DNA of 64,000 nucleotides from Candidatus Kuenenia stuttgartensis (GTDB lineage Bacteria; Pseudomonadota; Alphaproteobacteria; SMXS01), in contig CALQFM020000014.1 in NCBI GenBank assembly GCA_943329845.2, positions 1,509-65,508 of the forward strand, in the 5' to 3' direction. Both the position numbers and the translations under genes were made by a program. Shown here piece after piece: positions 30,246 through 41,031 of the stretch. The notes beneath the pieces were generated by a model. That model ran no database searches. It had not been told where the DNA came from and worked only from the letters and a program-made list of their open reading frames with translations. Every line of letters begins with the position of its first letter. The first letter of the stretch is position 1.

Positions 30246-30842
30246 CTAAAGACCGCCGCGCGCACGGTTGAGCTGGGCGGCGATCTCCTCGCCCGACTCC
30301 TCGTCTTCGTCCTCGTCCGGATAGGTGGCGAGCGGCTCGTAGATGGCGCCCGAATGGGCCAGGTGGCTGCGGAACAGGGTGAAGCGCTCCACCGTCCAGG
30401 GCGCCGACCAGAGCTGGTCGTGGGCGGCGAGGAAGCGGTCGACCCGGCCGCCCGGACCCTTGAAACGGGCCAGCGTCACATGCGGCGTGAACTTGCGCTG
30501 CTCGGCCGGCAGGCCGATGCGCACCATGGCGGTCTCGATCTTCTGGGCCAGGTGCGCGAGCGGCGCTTCCGGGCCGACGCCGGCCCACAGCATGCGCGGC
30601 TTGCGGATGTCGCCGAACAGGCCCGCGCCTTGCAGCGACACCTGGAACGGCGTGAACGTCACCGCGCGCAGGGCGCTGTCGATATCCTCGGCCCGGGCCT
30701 CGTCGACCTCGCCGATGAACCGCAACGTCATGTGGAGCTGTTGGTCCGTCTGCCAGCGCGCGCCGTTGACGCCGCCCATCAGGCCGGTCAGGCGTGCCCG
30801 GATTTCCGGTGGCAGTTGCAGGGCGACGAACAAGCGCAGCAT
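30246..30842 (-). CDS. thpR: RNA 2',3'-cyclic phosphodiesterase (2H family)
   Basis: MLRLFVAL plus two H-x-T motifs (HMTL, HVTL). Confidence 0.92.
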   Translation of the reverse strand: MLRLFVALQLPPEIRARLTGLMGGVNGARWQTDQQLHMTLRFIGEVDEARAEDIDSALRAVTFTPFQVSLQGAGLFGDIRKPRMLWAGVGPEAPLAHLAQKIETAMVRIGLPAEQRKFTPHVTLARFKGPGGRVDRFLAAHDQLWSAPWTVERFTLFRSHLAHSGAIYEPLATYPDEDEDEESGEEIAAQLNRARGGL

Positions 30843-30923
30843 GGCATCTACCGTAAAGGATCGGCATGCCGGCCCGGCATGCGATTAGCGAATCTCTTCG
30901 ATGCCGCCATTACTCGGCGCTGG

Positions 30924-31610
30924 TCACTTCCCGCCGGGCCGCTTCTCCAGCAGACTATGAACCATCGGCACGATCCCTGTCACGATCACATCGATGCCTT
31001 TGGCGGTCGGGTGAAGACCGTCCGGAAGGCTCAACTCCTTCCTGCCGGCCACGCCTTCGAGAAAGAACGGGTAGAGCGGCGCGCCGTATTTTTTCGACAG
31101 TGCCGGATAGATGGCGTCGAACTGCCTGACATAGGCCGCGCCCATGTTGGGCGCCGCCCTCATGCCGGCGATCAGCACCTTCACCCCGCCCTTTCTGAAG
31201 CGGTCCATGATCGCGGTCAGCGCCCTGGTGGTCACCGCCGGATCGATCCCCCGCAGCATGTCGTTGGCGCCCAGCTCGACGATCACCAGGTCGGGCTTTC
31301 CTGGCACGGCGGCCAGCGCCCAGTCCAGCCGGCTCATTCCCGCGCTCGCCGTGTCGCCGGAGACGCCGGCGTTGTGCACCTTCACCTTCAGGCCCTTCGC
31401 CTTCAGCGCCGTCTCCAGCTTCGCCGCGAACGACTGGCCCGGTTCGAGGCCGTAGCCGGCCGTCAGGCTGTCGCCCAGCGCCACGACCTGCAGCGTGCCG
31501 TCCGGCGTGGCCGCGCGGGCGGCGAGGGGAACGCCCAGCACCAGCAATACCGCGCAAAGTTTGACAACATGCCCCAGCAGCCCATATCGGTGACTCGTGT
31601 CCGGCTGCAT
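30924..31610 (-). CDS. tesA: Arylesterase / acyl-CoA thioesterase I (SGNH)
   Basis: GDSL, NAGVSGDT, GAND and DGLHP motifs. Confidence 0.9.
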   Translation of the reverse strand: MQPDTSHRYGLLGHVVKLCAVLLVLGVPLAARAATPDGTLQVVALGDSLTAGYGLEPGQSFAAKLETALKAKGLKVKVHNAGVSGDTASAGMSRLDWALAAVPGKPDLVIVELGANDMLRGIDPAVTTRALTAIMDRFRKGGVKVLIAGMRAAPNMGAAYVRQFDAIYPALSKKYGAPLYPFFLEGVAGRKELSLPDGLHPTAKGIDVIVTGIVPMVHSLLEKRPGGK

Positions 31611-31620
31611 GCGTGCCCCT

Positions 31621-32313
31621 ATGATCCGTCTCGACGACATTCACCTAACACTTAATAGCCGCGCCGGACCCGTCAACATCCTGCGTGGAATCGACCTGGG
31701 CATCGCCCGCGGCGAGGCGGCCGGCATGGTTGGTCCGTCGGGATCGGGCAAGTCGACGCTGATGAGCGTGATGGCCGGTCTGGAAAAGCCCAGCAGCGGC
31801 CGCGTCGCCATCGACGGCCAGGACATCACCGGCATGGACGAGGACGCGCTGGCGCGCTTCCGCCGCGGCCGCATCGGCATCGTCTTCCAGTCGTTCCACC
31901 TGATCCCGACCATGACGGCGCTGGAGAACGTGGCGGTGCCGCTCGAGCTGATGGGCGACAGGCACGCCTTCGACCGCGCCGCCGAGGAGCTGAAGGTCGT
32001 CGGCCTGGGCGCGCGCACCGAGCACTATCCCGGCCAGCTGTCCGGCGGCGAGCAGCAGCGGGTGGCGCTGGCACGGGCGCTCGCGCCCCAGCCGGGCCTG
32101 CTGCTGGCGGACGAGCCGACCGGCAATCTGGACGCCGGCACCGGCGCCGCGATCATCGAGCTGATGTTCGCGCTGCAGGCCGAGCGCGGCACCACCCTGG
32201 TGCTGATCACCCACGACGCGGGGCTGGCCGCACGCTGCGACCGGCAGATCAGGCTGCGCGATGGCCGTATCGACGCGGAGCCGCATATCGTGCGCGCCGG
32301 AGCCGCGTCCTGA
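31621..32313 (+). CDS. ABC transporter ATP-binding protein (YbbA-like)
   Basis: GPSGSGKS, LSGGEQQR and DEPTGN; divergent from tesA. Confidence 0.92.
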   Translation: MIRLDDIHLTLNSRAGPVNILRGIDLGIARGEAAGMVGPSGSGKSTLMSVMAGLEKPSSGRVAIDGQDITGMDEDALARFRRGRIGIVFQSFHLIPTMTALENVAVPLELMGDRHAFDRAAEELKVVGLGARTEHYPGQLSGGEQQRVALARALAPQPGLLLADEPTGNLDAGTGAAIIELMFALQAERGTTLVLITHDAGLAARCDRQIRLRDGRIDAEPHIVRAGAAS

Positions 32314-34823
32314 TGCCGCTCGCCCTGCGCCTCGCGCTGCGCGAATTGCGGGGCGGCCTGCGGGGCTTCGGCATCTTCCTGCTGTGCATCGTGCTGGGCG
32401 TGGCGGCCATCGCCGCGGTCGGCGGCGTGCGCGGCGCGGTGCTCGAAGGCATCGGCGAACATGGCCGTCCGCTGCTCGGCGGCGACATCGAGCTGCGCAT
32501 GACCAGCGAGCCGATGCCGAAGGACGCGCTCGATTACATTTCCGGACGCTATCCGGTCAGCCGTACGGCGACGCTGCGCTCCATGGCCGCCGCCGATCTG
32601 GACCGGCGCTCGACCATCGAGCTCAAGGCGGTCGACGGCGCCTATCCGCTCTATGGCGCGGCCGTGCTGTCGCCGGCCATGGCGCTGGCCGACGCGCTCG
32701 CGTTCCGCGACGGGCATTGGGGCGTCACCGTCGAGCAGGCGGTGCTCGACAAGACCCAGACGAAGATCGGGGATCTGCTGCGGATCGGCGCGATCGACTA
32801 CCGCATCCGCGCCGTCACCGTCACCGAGCCCGACAAGGCGGGCGACGGATTCACCCTGGGCGCCCGCGCCCTTGTCGCGGACGCCAGCCTGAAGGACTCG
32901 GGGCTGATCCAGCAGGGCAGCATCGTCCGCTACCAGTACCGCCTGAGACTCCCGCCGGGCGCCGACCTGGAAGCGGCCAAGCAGGACCTGAACGACCGCT
33001 TCCCCGACGCCGGCTGGCGCATGCGCGACCGGTCGAACGGCGCCGACAGCATCAAGCGGTTCCTCGAGCGTCTGGGCGTGTTCCTGTCGCTGTCCGGCCT
33101 GACCGCGCTGCTGGTCGGCGGTGTCGGCGTCGCCAACGCCACCGCCGGCTACCTCGCCACCAAGCGCGAGGCGGTGGCCACGCTCAAGAGCCTGGGCGCT
33201 GGCGGCGGCCTGGTGTTCCGGATCTATCTCTGGCAGGTGATGCTGCTGGCACTGGTCGGCGTCGCCGTCGGCCTGGTTCTCGGCGCGGCGATCCCGTTCG
33301 TGGCCATCGCCTACCTGCAGGACATGCTGCCCGTACCCGCGCGGCCCGGCATCTACCCGCAGCCGCTGCTGCTGGCCGCCGCGTACGGCCTGCTGACCGT
33401 GCTGGCGTTCGCTTCCTGGCCGCTCGGCAAGGCGCGCGACGTGCCCGCCGCCGGCCTGTTCCGGCAGATCGTCGCGCCGGTGTCGGGCCGGCCGCGCTGG
33501 CGCTATGTCGCGCTGACCGGCGGCGCGCTCGCGGCGCTGGCCGCGCTGGCGGTGCTGTTCTCCGACGAACGGCGGTTCACCGGCTGGTTCCTGCTGGGCT
33601 CGGCGGTCGCCTTCCTGGTGCTGTGGCTCGCGGGGCTGGGCCTGATGCGGGTCGCCGCGCACCTGCCGCGTCCGTCCAGCACCGCCTGGCGCATGGCGCT
33701 GGCCAATCTGCACCGGCCGGGCGCCGCGACGCCCAACGTGGTGCTGTCGCTGGGGCTGGGCCTGACCCTGCTGGTCACCGTTGCCCAGATCACCGCCAAC
33801 CTGTCGGCGCAGATCAAGGACGGCGTTCCCGCCGACGCGCCGTCCTACTATTTCATCGACATCCAGCCGGACCAGATCGACGGCTTCGAGACCCTGGTGC
33901 GCGGCCTTCCCGGCGTAGCGGCGGTCGACCGGGCGCCCATGCTGCGCGCCTCGATCACCGAGGTGAACGGCGTCCGCGCCGAGGACGTCAAGGTCGCGGA
34001 CGACGCCAAGTGGGCGCTGCAGGGCGACAGGGGTCTGACCTATGCCGCCGAACTGCCGGAGAACAACACCATCGTTGCCGGCAAATGGTGGCCGGCAGGC
34101 TATGCCGGTCCACCCCTGATCTCGTTCGACGCCAAATTGGCCCAGGGCATGAACCTGACCGTGGGCGACACCCTCGGCTTCAACATCATGGGCCGGCCGA
34201 TCACCGCCACCATCGCCAATCTGCGCGAGATCGACTGGTCGGGCATGGGCATGAATTTCTCGGTGATCTTCGCGCCGGGCACGCTCGAGCATGCGCCGCA
34301 CGCCCACCTCGCCACCGTCCGGGTCGACCAGGCCCACGAGTCGGGTGTCGACAGGGCCGTCGCGCGCGACTATCCCAACGTCACCTCGGTGCGGGTCCGC
34401 GACATCCTCGCGACCGTCAACGTGCTGCTGAAGCAGATCAACCAGGCGGTCTCGGCCGCCGCGTCGGCGGCGCTGATCGCCGGTGTCGTCGTGCTGGCGG
34501 GCGCCATGGCCGCCGGCTACAGCGAACGGGTGCGCGACGCGGTCATCCTCAAGGTGCTGGGCGCGCGCCGCGCCGACATCGCCCGCGTCTACCTGATCGA
34601 ATACGCGCTGATGGGCCTGATCACCGCGCTGATAGCCATGGCGCTCGGCACCCTGGCCGCATGGCTGGTGATCACCCGAATCATGGAGGCCCAGTGGAGC
34701 CTGCACCCCGAAATCCTCGTGGCGACGGCCGCCGCGGGGCTGGTGGTGACGGTGGCGTTCGGCTTCCTGGGCACCTGGCGCGCCCTCGGAGAGCGGCCGG
34801 CGCCGCACCTGCGCGTAGATTAA
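32313..34823 (+). CDS. ABC transporter permease (YbbP-like, double FtsX domain)
   Basis: RLALRELRGG, LLGGD and two permease halves; coupled to the ATPase gene. Confidence 0.9.
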   Translation: MPLALRLALRELRGGLRGFGIFLLCIVLGVAAIAAVGGVRGAVLEGIGEHGRPLLGGDIELRMTSEPMPKDALDYISGRYPVSRTATLRSMAAADLDRRSTIELKAVDGAYPLYGAAVLSPAMALADALAFRDGHWGVTVEQAVLDKTQTKIGDLLRIGAIDYRIRAVTVTEPDKAGDGFTLGARALVADASLKDSGLIQQGSIVRYQYRLRLPPGADLEAAKQDLNDRFPDAGWRMRDRSNGADSIKRFLERLGVFLSLSGLTALLVGGVGVANATAGYLATKREAVATLKSLGAGGGLVFRIYLWQVMLLALVGVAVGLVLGAAIPFVAIAYLQDMLPVPARPGIYPQPLLLAAAYGLLTVLAFASWPLGKARDVPAAGLFRQIVAPVSGRPRWRYVALTGGALAALAALAVLFSDERRFTGWFLLGSAVAFLVLWLAGLGLMRVAAHLPRPSSTAWRMALANLHRPGAATPNVVLSLGLGLTLLVTVAQITANLSAQIKDGVPADAPSYYFIDIQPDQIDGFETLVRGLPGVAAVDRAPMLRASITEVNGVRAEDVKVADDAKWALQGDRGLTYAAELPENNTIVAGKWWPAGYAGPPLISFDAKLAQGMNLTVGDTLGFNIMGRPITATIANLREIDWSGMGMNFSVIFAPGTLEHAPHAHLATVRVDQAHESGVDRAVARDYPNVTSVRVRDILATVNVLLKQINQAVSAAASAALIAGVVVLAGAMAAGYSERVRDAVILKVLGARRADIARVYLIEYALMGLITALIAMALGTLAAWLVITRIMEAQWSLHPEILVATAAAGLVVTVAFGFLGTWRALGERPAPHLRVD

Positions 34824-34937
34824 CAGAAGTTTTCCATATGCTTTCTCTTGAAACCTGAGGCCGGCCCCTCGATATTAGGGGCGATTGGTTAGAGCCTTTG
34901 TGCGTGTGGCTCGTTTTCAGCAAGGAGTCTGTCAGCA

Positions 34938-35678
34938 ATGGCACAAGACTACAGAGCGCCTTACAGCGTGGGCACGGGGACTGCCGCGGAGATTGATCGC
35001 GGCCTCCGCGCACACATGCTGCATGTCTACAACTACATGGCATCGGGCGTGCTGCTTACCGGCATCGTCGCCCTGCTGGTATCCAACATGGCCGTCACCG
35101 ACGCCGGCCAGCTCACCAGTTTCGGCCAGGCGATCTACCTGTCGCCGCTGAAGTGGGCGGTGATCCTCTCGCCGCTCGCGCTGGTGATGGTGATGAGCTT
35201 CGGCCTGAACAAGCTCAGCCTCTTCGCCCTCCAGGCGACGTTCTGGGTCTATGCCGGCCTGATGGGTCTCTCGCTCAGCAGCATCTTCCTGATGTACACG
35301 GGTGAGAGCATCGCCAAGGTGTTCTTCATCTCGGCGGGCATGTTCGGCGGCCTCAGCCTGTTCGGCTACACGACCAAGAAGGATCTGGGTCCGGTCGGCA
35401 AGTTCATGTTCATGGGCCTGATCGGCATCCTGATCGCCAGCGTCGTGAACATCTTCATGGCCTCGTCCATGATGTCGTTCGTGATCTCGGTGATCGGCGT
35501 CGTCGTGTTCGCCGGCCTGACCGCCTATGACACCCAGAAGATCAAGGAACTCTACTACGCGGGCTATGGCGAGGAGCAGACCGCCAAGCTCTCGCTGATG
35601 GGCGCCTTGAGCCTGTACCTGGACTTCATCAACCTGTTCATGATGCTGCTGCGCCTGTTCGGCAACTCGCGCAACTAG
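34938..35678 (+). CDS. Bax inhibitor-1 / YccA family protein
   Basis: GYTTKKDL, TAYDTQKIK and ALSLYLDFINLF motifs. Confidence 0.93.
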   Translation: MAQDYRAPYSVGTGTAAEIDRGLRAHMLHVYNYMASGVLLTGIVALLVSNMAVTDAGQLTSFGQAIYLSPLKWAVILSPLALVMVMSFGLNKLSLFALQATFWVYAGLMGLSLSSIFLMYTGESIAKVFFISAGMFGGLSLFGYTTKKDLGPVGKFMFMGLIGILIASVVNIFMASSMMSFVISVIGVVVFAGLTAYDTQKIKELYYAGYGEEQTAKLSLMGALSLYLDFINLFMMLLRLFGNSRN

Positions 35679-35701
35679 GACGCAGGTCCATCGATACACG
35701 G

Positions 35702-35733
35702 AACGCCCGGCCCAGCGCCGGGCGTTTTCGTTT
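35702..35733 (+). terminator. Rho-independent terminator
   Basis: AACGCCCGGC-CCAGC-GCCGGGCGTT followed by TTCGTTT, between convergent genes. Confidence 0.75.
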
Positions 35734-35753
35734 GATCGGAACGAGGAGCCGCG

Positions 35754-36095
35754 TCAGTCGACGACGTTGAGCCGCTTGCGCTCGAAGAAGCGCAGCACCG
35801 TTTCCAGGTCCTGGCCGCGCTTCAGGATCTGGTTGCCTGGCGCTAGGATAGCGAAGGCGCCCTGGCGCTTGGCCCATTTGGGGCATTTGACGATGCGGTA
35901 GAGCGGCATCTCGCTGGCCCGGCGGAACACCGAGAACACGGCGCGCTCGGCGCCGTCGGCCATGGCGTAATCCCGCCATTCGCCATCGGCGACCATTTGC
36001 CCGTAAACCCGCAGGATCTGATCGAGCTCGCGCCGGTTGAAGAAGATGCTAGGCGGTGTCGCGCGGTATTCCGCGAGGCTGGTCACGTTTTGCAT
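35754..36095 (-). CDS. DUF2794 family protein
   Basis: FNRRELDQILRVYGQMVADGEWRDYA motif. Confidence 0.85.
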   Translation of the reverse strand: MQNVTSLAEYRATPPSIFFNRRELDQILRVYGQMVADGEWRDYAMADGAERAVFSVFRRASEMPLYRIVKCPKWAKRQGAFAILAPGNQILKRGQDLETVLRFFERKRLNVVD

Positions 36096-36207
36096 AGTCC
36101 AATTAAACCGTCACGTTCACAGGAATGTAAACATCAAATCTGCCGTCCGGCCGCCTCTGAAAAGCGACCAAATGACCTCGCGTTCGCCGGAACCGGAACC
36201 CAATCGC

Positions 36208-36309
36208 GCCACAATCCGCGGCGACTATCCGATTGTTGGCCTCGTCGCCCGGTCGTGTTAGTCGGATCTGTAGCCCCCAAGCCCATTCCGACTGAGACGG
36301 CCGGGCATT
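36208..36309 (+). repeat. Double-hairpin structured element, copy 1 (possible ncRNA or recombination site)
   Basis: Hairpin 36208-36240 with a bulged T, then a 20-bp stem (36247-36266/36287-36306) with loop TCTGTAGCCCCCAAGCCCAT. Shares two identical 26-bp blocks with copy 2. Confidence 0.85.
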
Positions 36310-36412
36310 CTTATGCCCGCGGCAGCCATCAACCCCAGAGTTCCACGGATCGTCCTGATCGCCGGAAGGCAGTTCCCTGTATGAAGCTGCGCCTGAATCG
36401 CGCACAGATTAA

Positions 36413-36447
36413 TAATAATTATTAGTATTTATGAGAGTAATTATTAC
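36413..36447. promoter_or_regulatory. AT-rich operator region with two TAATTATTA cores (Fur-family-box-like)
   Basis: Palindromes TAATAATTATTA (36413-36424) and GTAATTATTAC (36437-36447), cores 22 bp apart, in a very AT-rich leader. Confidence 0.45.
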
Positions 36448-36602
36448 AACAATAATCGATAGAGTATTGTGAGAAATATTTCGGTAACCTTCCAATAAAT
36501 ACTGGCGATCATGCATTTTTATTCGTTGAATCAGCCAATCAACCTCACTAATTTCTGACAGGCCAAAAATTGTTCCTACGGTCAATAAGAGGGCGGAGAA
36601 CC

Positions 36603-37961
36603 ATGGGTGTCAGGCGGGGTATTTGCTACGCGGCAGCGGTGCTGCCTGTAGCGGCAGTGGTCTACATTATCGCTGCCGGCGGTCCGGTACGGGCATTGCC
36701 AAGTTTTTCGCGGCAGACCGGCGAAGATTGCGCCGCCTGCCATGTGGGTAGTTTCGGCCCGCAGCTGACGCCGCATGGTCGGCGATTCAAGCTGGGCGGG
36801 TATACGGATGGCGACGGCAAGTTTCACGTGCCGCTCAGCGCCATGGCGGTCGGATCCTGGACCCATACGGCCGAAGACCAGGCCGGCGGGGCCGGACCGC
36901 ATGCCGGTCCCAACAACAATGCGGCGGTGGACGAGGTATCGGCTTTCCTCGCCGGCAAGATCGCCGGTCCCGTCGGTGCCTTCGTCCAGGTGACCTATGA
37001 CGGCAACGAGCACCATGTCGCCCTCGACAACGCGGATATCCGTGCGGCCTTCACCACGGAATGGGCCGGCAAGGATCTGATCCTGGGCCTGGATTTCAAC
37101 AACAATCCCACCGTGCAGGATGTGTTCAACACGACCCCGAGCTGGGGCTTTCCGTACACCTCTTCGGCGCTGGCACCCAGCGGCATGGCAGGCACCCTCA
37201 TCAATGGCGGCGCCGAGATGCAGGTGGGCGGCGCATCGGTGTATGGCTACTGGGATAACCTGATCTACGCCGAGGCGGGCGTTTACAGCAGGCTGTCGTC
37301 GGGCTTCCTGCACGATGTGGGTATCGGCCGTGAGACCGTGGTCAAGGGAACCGCGCCATACTGGCGGCTGGCGCTGACCCACGAATGGAACCGGCAGGCC
37401 GCGTCGATCGGCACGTTCGGCATGATCGCCAACGTCTATCCCGACGATCTGCATCTGTCCGGATCGGACAAATATACCGACATGGGCTTTGACGCGACCT
37501 ACCAGTGGCTGGGCACGCGCAAGGACATCATCTCGGCCAACGTCAGCTACGTGCACGAGAAGCAGAACCGGACAGGGTCCTTCGCGCTGGGCCTGGCATC
37601 CAACCCGAAGGACAGCCTGAACGAGTTCAAGGCGAACGTGTCGTGGTACCACGACAAGACCTATGGTCTGACCGCGGGCGTATTCGGCACCACGGGTTCG
37701 GCTGATCCCCTGCTCTATCCGGTCGAGGACATCGGCGGCAGTCGTCTCGGCGTGCCCGACACGCGCGGATACGTGCTCCAGGCTGACTGGACGCCGTTCG
37801 GCAAGGAAGATTCATTCCTCTCGCCCTGGGCCAACCTGCGCCTTGGCATCCAATACACCGGCTACACCAAGTTCAACGGTGCCAGCCAGAACTATGACGG
37901 TGCCGGCCGGAAGGCCTCGGACAACAACTCCGTGTTCCTGTTCAGCTGGATCGCATTCTAA
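36603..37961 (+). CDS. cyc2: Cyc2-like outer-membrane porin-cytochrome c fusion
   Basis: Signal peptide ending VRA, then LPSFSRQTGEDCAACH...PQLTPHGRRFKLGGY, which matches the Cyc2 heme-domain signature. Amphipathic beta-strand-like C-terminus ending in F. Confidence 0.8.
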   Translation: MGVRRGICYAAAVLPVAAVVYIIAAGGPVRALPSFSRQTGEDCAACHVGSFGPQLTPHGRRFKLGGYTDGDGKFHVPLSAMAVGSWTHTAEDQAGGAGPHAGPNNNAAVDEVSAFLAGKIAGPVGAFVQVTYDGNEHHVALDNADIRAAFTTEWAGKDLILGLDFNNNPTVQDVFNTTPSWGFPYTSSALAPSGMAGTLINGGAEMQVGGASVYGYWDNLIYAEAGVYSRLSSGFLHDVGIGRETVVKGTAPYWRLALTHEWNRQAASIGTFGMIANVYPDDLHLSGSDKYTDMGFDATYQWLGTRKDIISANVSYVHEKQNRTGSFALGLASNPKDSLNEFKANVSWYHDKTYGLTAGVFGTTGSADPLLYPVEDIGGSRLGVPDTRGYVLQADWTPFGKEDSFLSPWANLRLGIQYTGYTKFNGASQNYDGAGRKASDNNSVFLFSWIAF

Positions 37962-37974
37962 CTCTGGAGGTTCC

Positions 37975-38352
37975 ATGCCTGTTTCCCGCCTTGCCGCCGC
38001 CGCCATTGCCATCCTGCTTCTCGGCCCGGTGGCCGCGCGCGCCCAGAACGTGGACGATGGCGCGGATTCCTTCGACGCGAACTGTGCCGACTGCCACTCG
38101 GTCAGCAAGCAGTTGAAGAACAAGAAGGGGCCCTCGCTGTTCGGTATCGTCGGCAGGCACGCGGGAACCGTGGCCGGCCAGGAATACTCGCCCGCCAACA
38201 AGGGCTCCAATCTGGTGTGGACGCCCGACGTCCTGACCCGCTATCTCGCCAGTCCGCAGGCCCTTGTTCCCGGAACGACGATGAAGTTCAAGGGGTTGAA
38301 GGATCCGAAGGAGATCGCGGACCTGGTGGCGTTTCTGGAGCAGCAGAAGTGA
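37975..38352 (+). CDS. Periplasmic monoheme cytochrome c (c2-like)
   Basis: Signal peptide, CADCH, GPSLFGIVGR and axial Met in PGTTM. Confidence 0.92.
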   Translation: MPVSRLAAAAIAILLLGPVAARAQNVDDGADSFDANCADCHSVSKQLKNKKGPSLFGIVGRHAGTVAGQEYSPANKGSNLVWTPDVLTRYLASPQALVPGTTMKFKGLKDPKEIADLVAFLEQQK

Positions 38353-38957
38353 ACATCGATCGTCATCATCGGCTGGTGCGAAGCCTGCACTGGGTTACCT
38401 TCCTGGCGCTGATATTCGGCTATTCGCTGATCTGGTGGCGCGACGGCCTGGACGATACGGGCGATCGGAGCCGGGTGCTGGCATGGCACGCGACCGTCGG
38501 CCTTACAGTGCTGGCGTTGGCGATCGCCCGGCTGCTGAGCCGCGCCTTCGGCGACCGGCTGGTGGTGCCACACCCTCTGTCGCGCATGGAGCGTCTCGGC
38601 TCGACGGCGTCGCATGTGCTTCTCTACGTGGCGATGATCGGGATTCCCCTGCTCGGCTGGCTGACCGTCAGCGCGCGTGGCCGCCTGCCGGACCTGTTCG
38701 GGCTGGTGGCATTGCCAGGTCTGATCGCAAAGGATCGTGACCTGGCCGATTCACTTCAGCAATGGCACTATCTCGCGGCCATGGCGATGCTTGCCGTCGT
38801 CGGCGTGCATGTCTGCGGCGCGCTGTATCATCACTTCATCAAGCGCGACAATGTGCTGCGGGCCATGCTGCCGTCCTCGGTCGACCGGATGCTGGGCAAA
38901 TTGCCGCGTGGTCGCCCAGAGCACGTCCAAATCCGGCCACAATTGCCGGTAGAATAA
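38349..38957 (+). CDS. Cytochrome b561 family diheme membrane protein
   Basis: GTGA overlap with the cyt c gene; four TMs with LHW, WHATVG, QWHY and VHV...HHFIKRD histidines. Confidence 0.88.
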   Translation: MNIDRHHRLVRSLHWVTFLALIFGYSLIWWRDGLDDTGDRSRVLAWHATVGLTVLALAIARLLSRAFGDRLVVPHPLSRMERLGSTASHVLLYVAMIGIPLLGWLTVSARGRLPDLFGLVALPGLIAKDRDLADSLQQWHYLAAMAMLAVVGVHVCGALYHHFIKRDNVLRAMLPSSVDRMLGKLPRGRPEHVQIRPQLPVE

Positions 38958-39038
38958 CGATTGTTGGCCTCGTCGCCCGGTCGCGCTGAGATGGATCTGT
39001 AGCCCCCAAGCCCATTCCATCTCATGCGACCGGGCATT
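38935..39038 (+). repeat. Double-hairpin structured element, copy 2
   Basis: Same architecture as copy 1, 2728 bp downstream. 20-bp stem (38975-38995/39016-39035) with an identical 20-nt loop and compensatory stem changes. Confidence 0.85.
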
Positions 39039-39099
39039 TCATTTCCGGGCCGCGCCATTCCCCTGACAGCATCGCCCTGACACCATCGACAGATCGCGT

Positions 39100-39128
39100 C
39101 TTGATGTGGCGCAGGCAGTTTCCTATGT
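39100..39128 (+). promoter_or_regulatory. RpoH (sigma32)-type promoter of htpG
   Basis: CTTGAT-N16-CCTATGT fits the alphaproteobacterial heat-shock consensus CTTGAA-N15/16-CCTATAT. Confidence 0.65.
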
Positions 39129-39156
39129 AGCCGTTCGCCAGAACGAGGAGACGCCG

Positions 39157-41027
<1,871 letters not shown>

Positions 41028-41031
<4 letters not shown>

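Noticed and set aside
36103-36405. Minus-strand peptide (WAWGLQI...DEANNR) encoded by the repeat
   Set aside because: A 1-nt indel shifts the frame between the copies, and the substitutions preserve pairing rather than codons.
38981-39006. Resemblance to SAM-II (TCGCGCTGA...TGTAGC) or TPP (CTGAGA) riboswitches
   Set aside because: These bases are not conserved in copy 1, other core motifs are absent, and the downstream genes do not fit.
36100-39100. Classical integron, IS or prophage explanation for the cassette
   Set aside because: There is no integrase, transposase, tRNA site or canonical attC RYYYAAC/GTTRRRY ends in the window.
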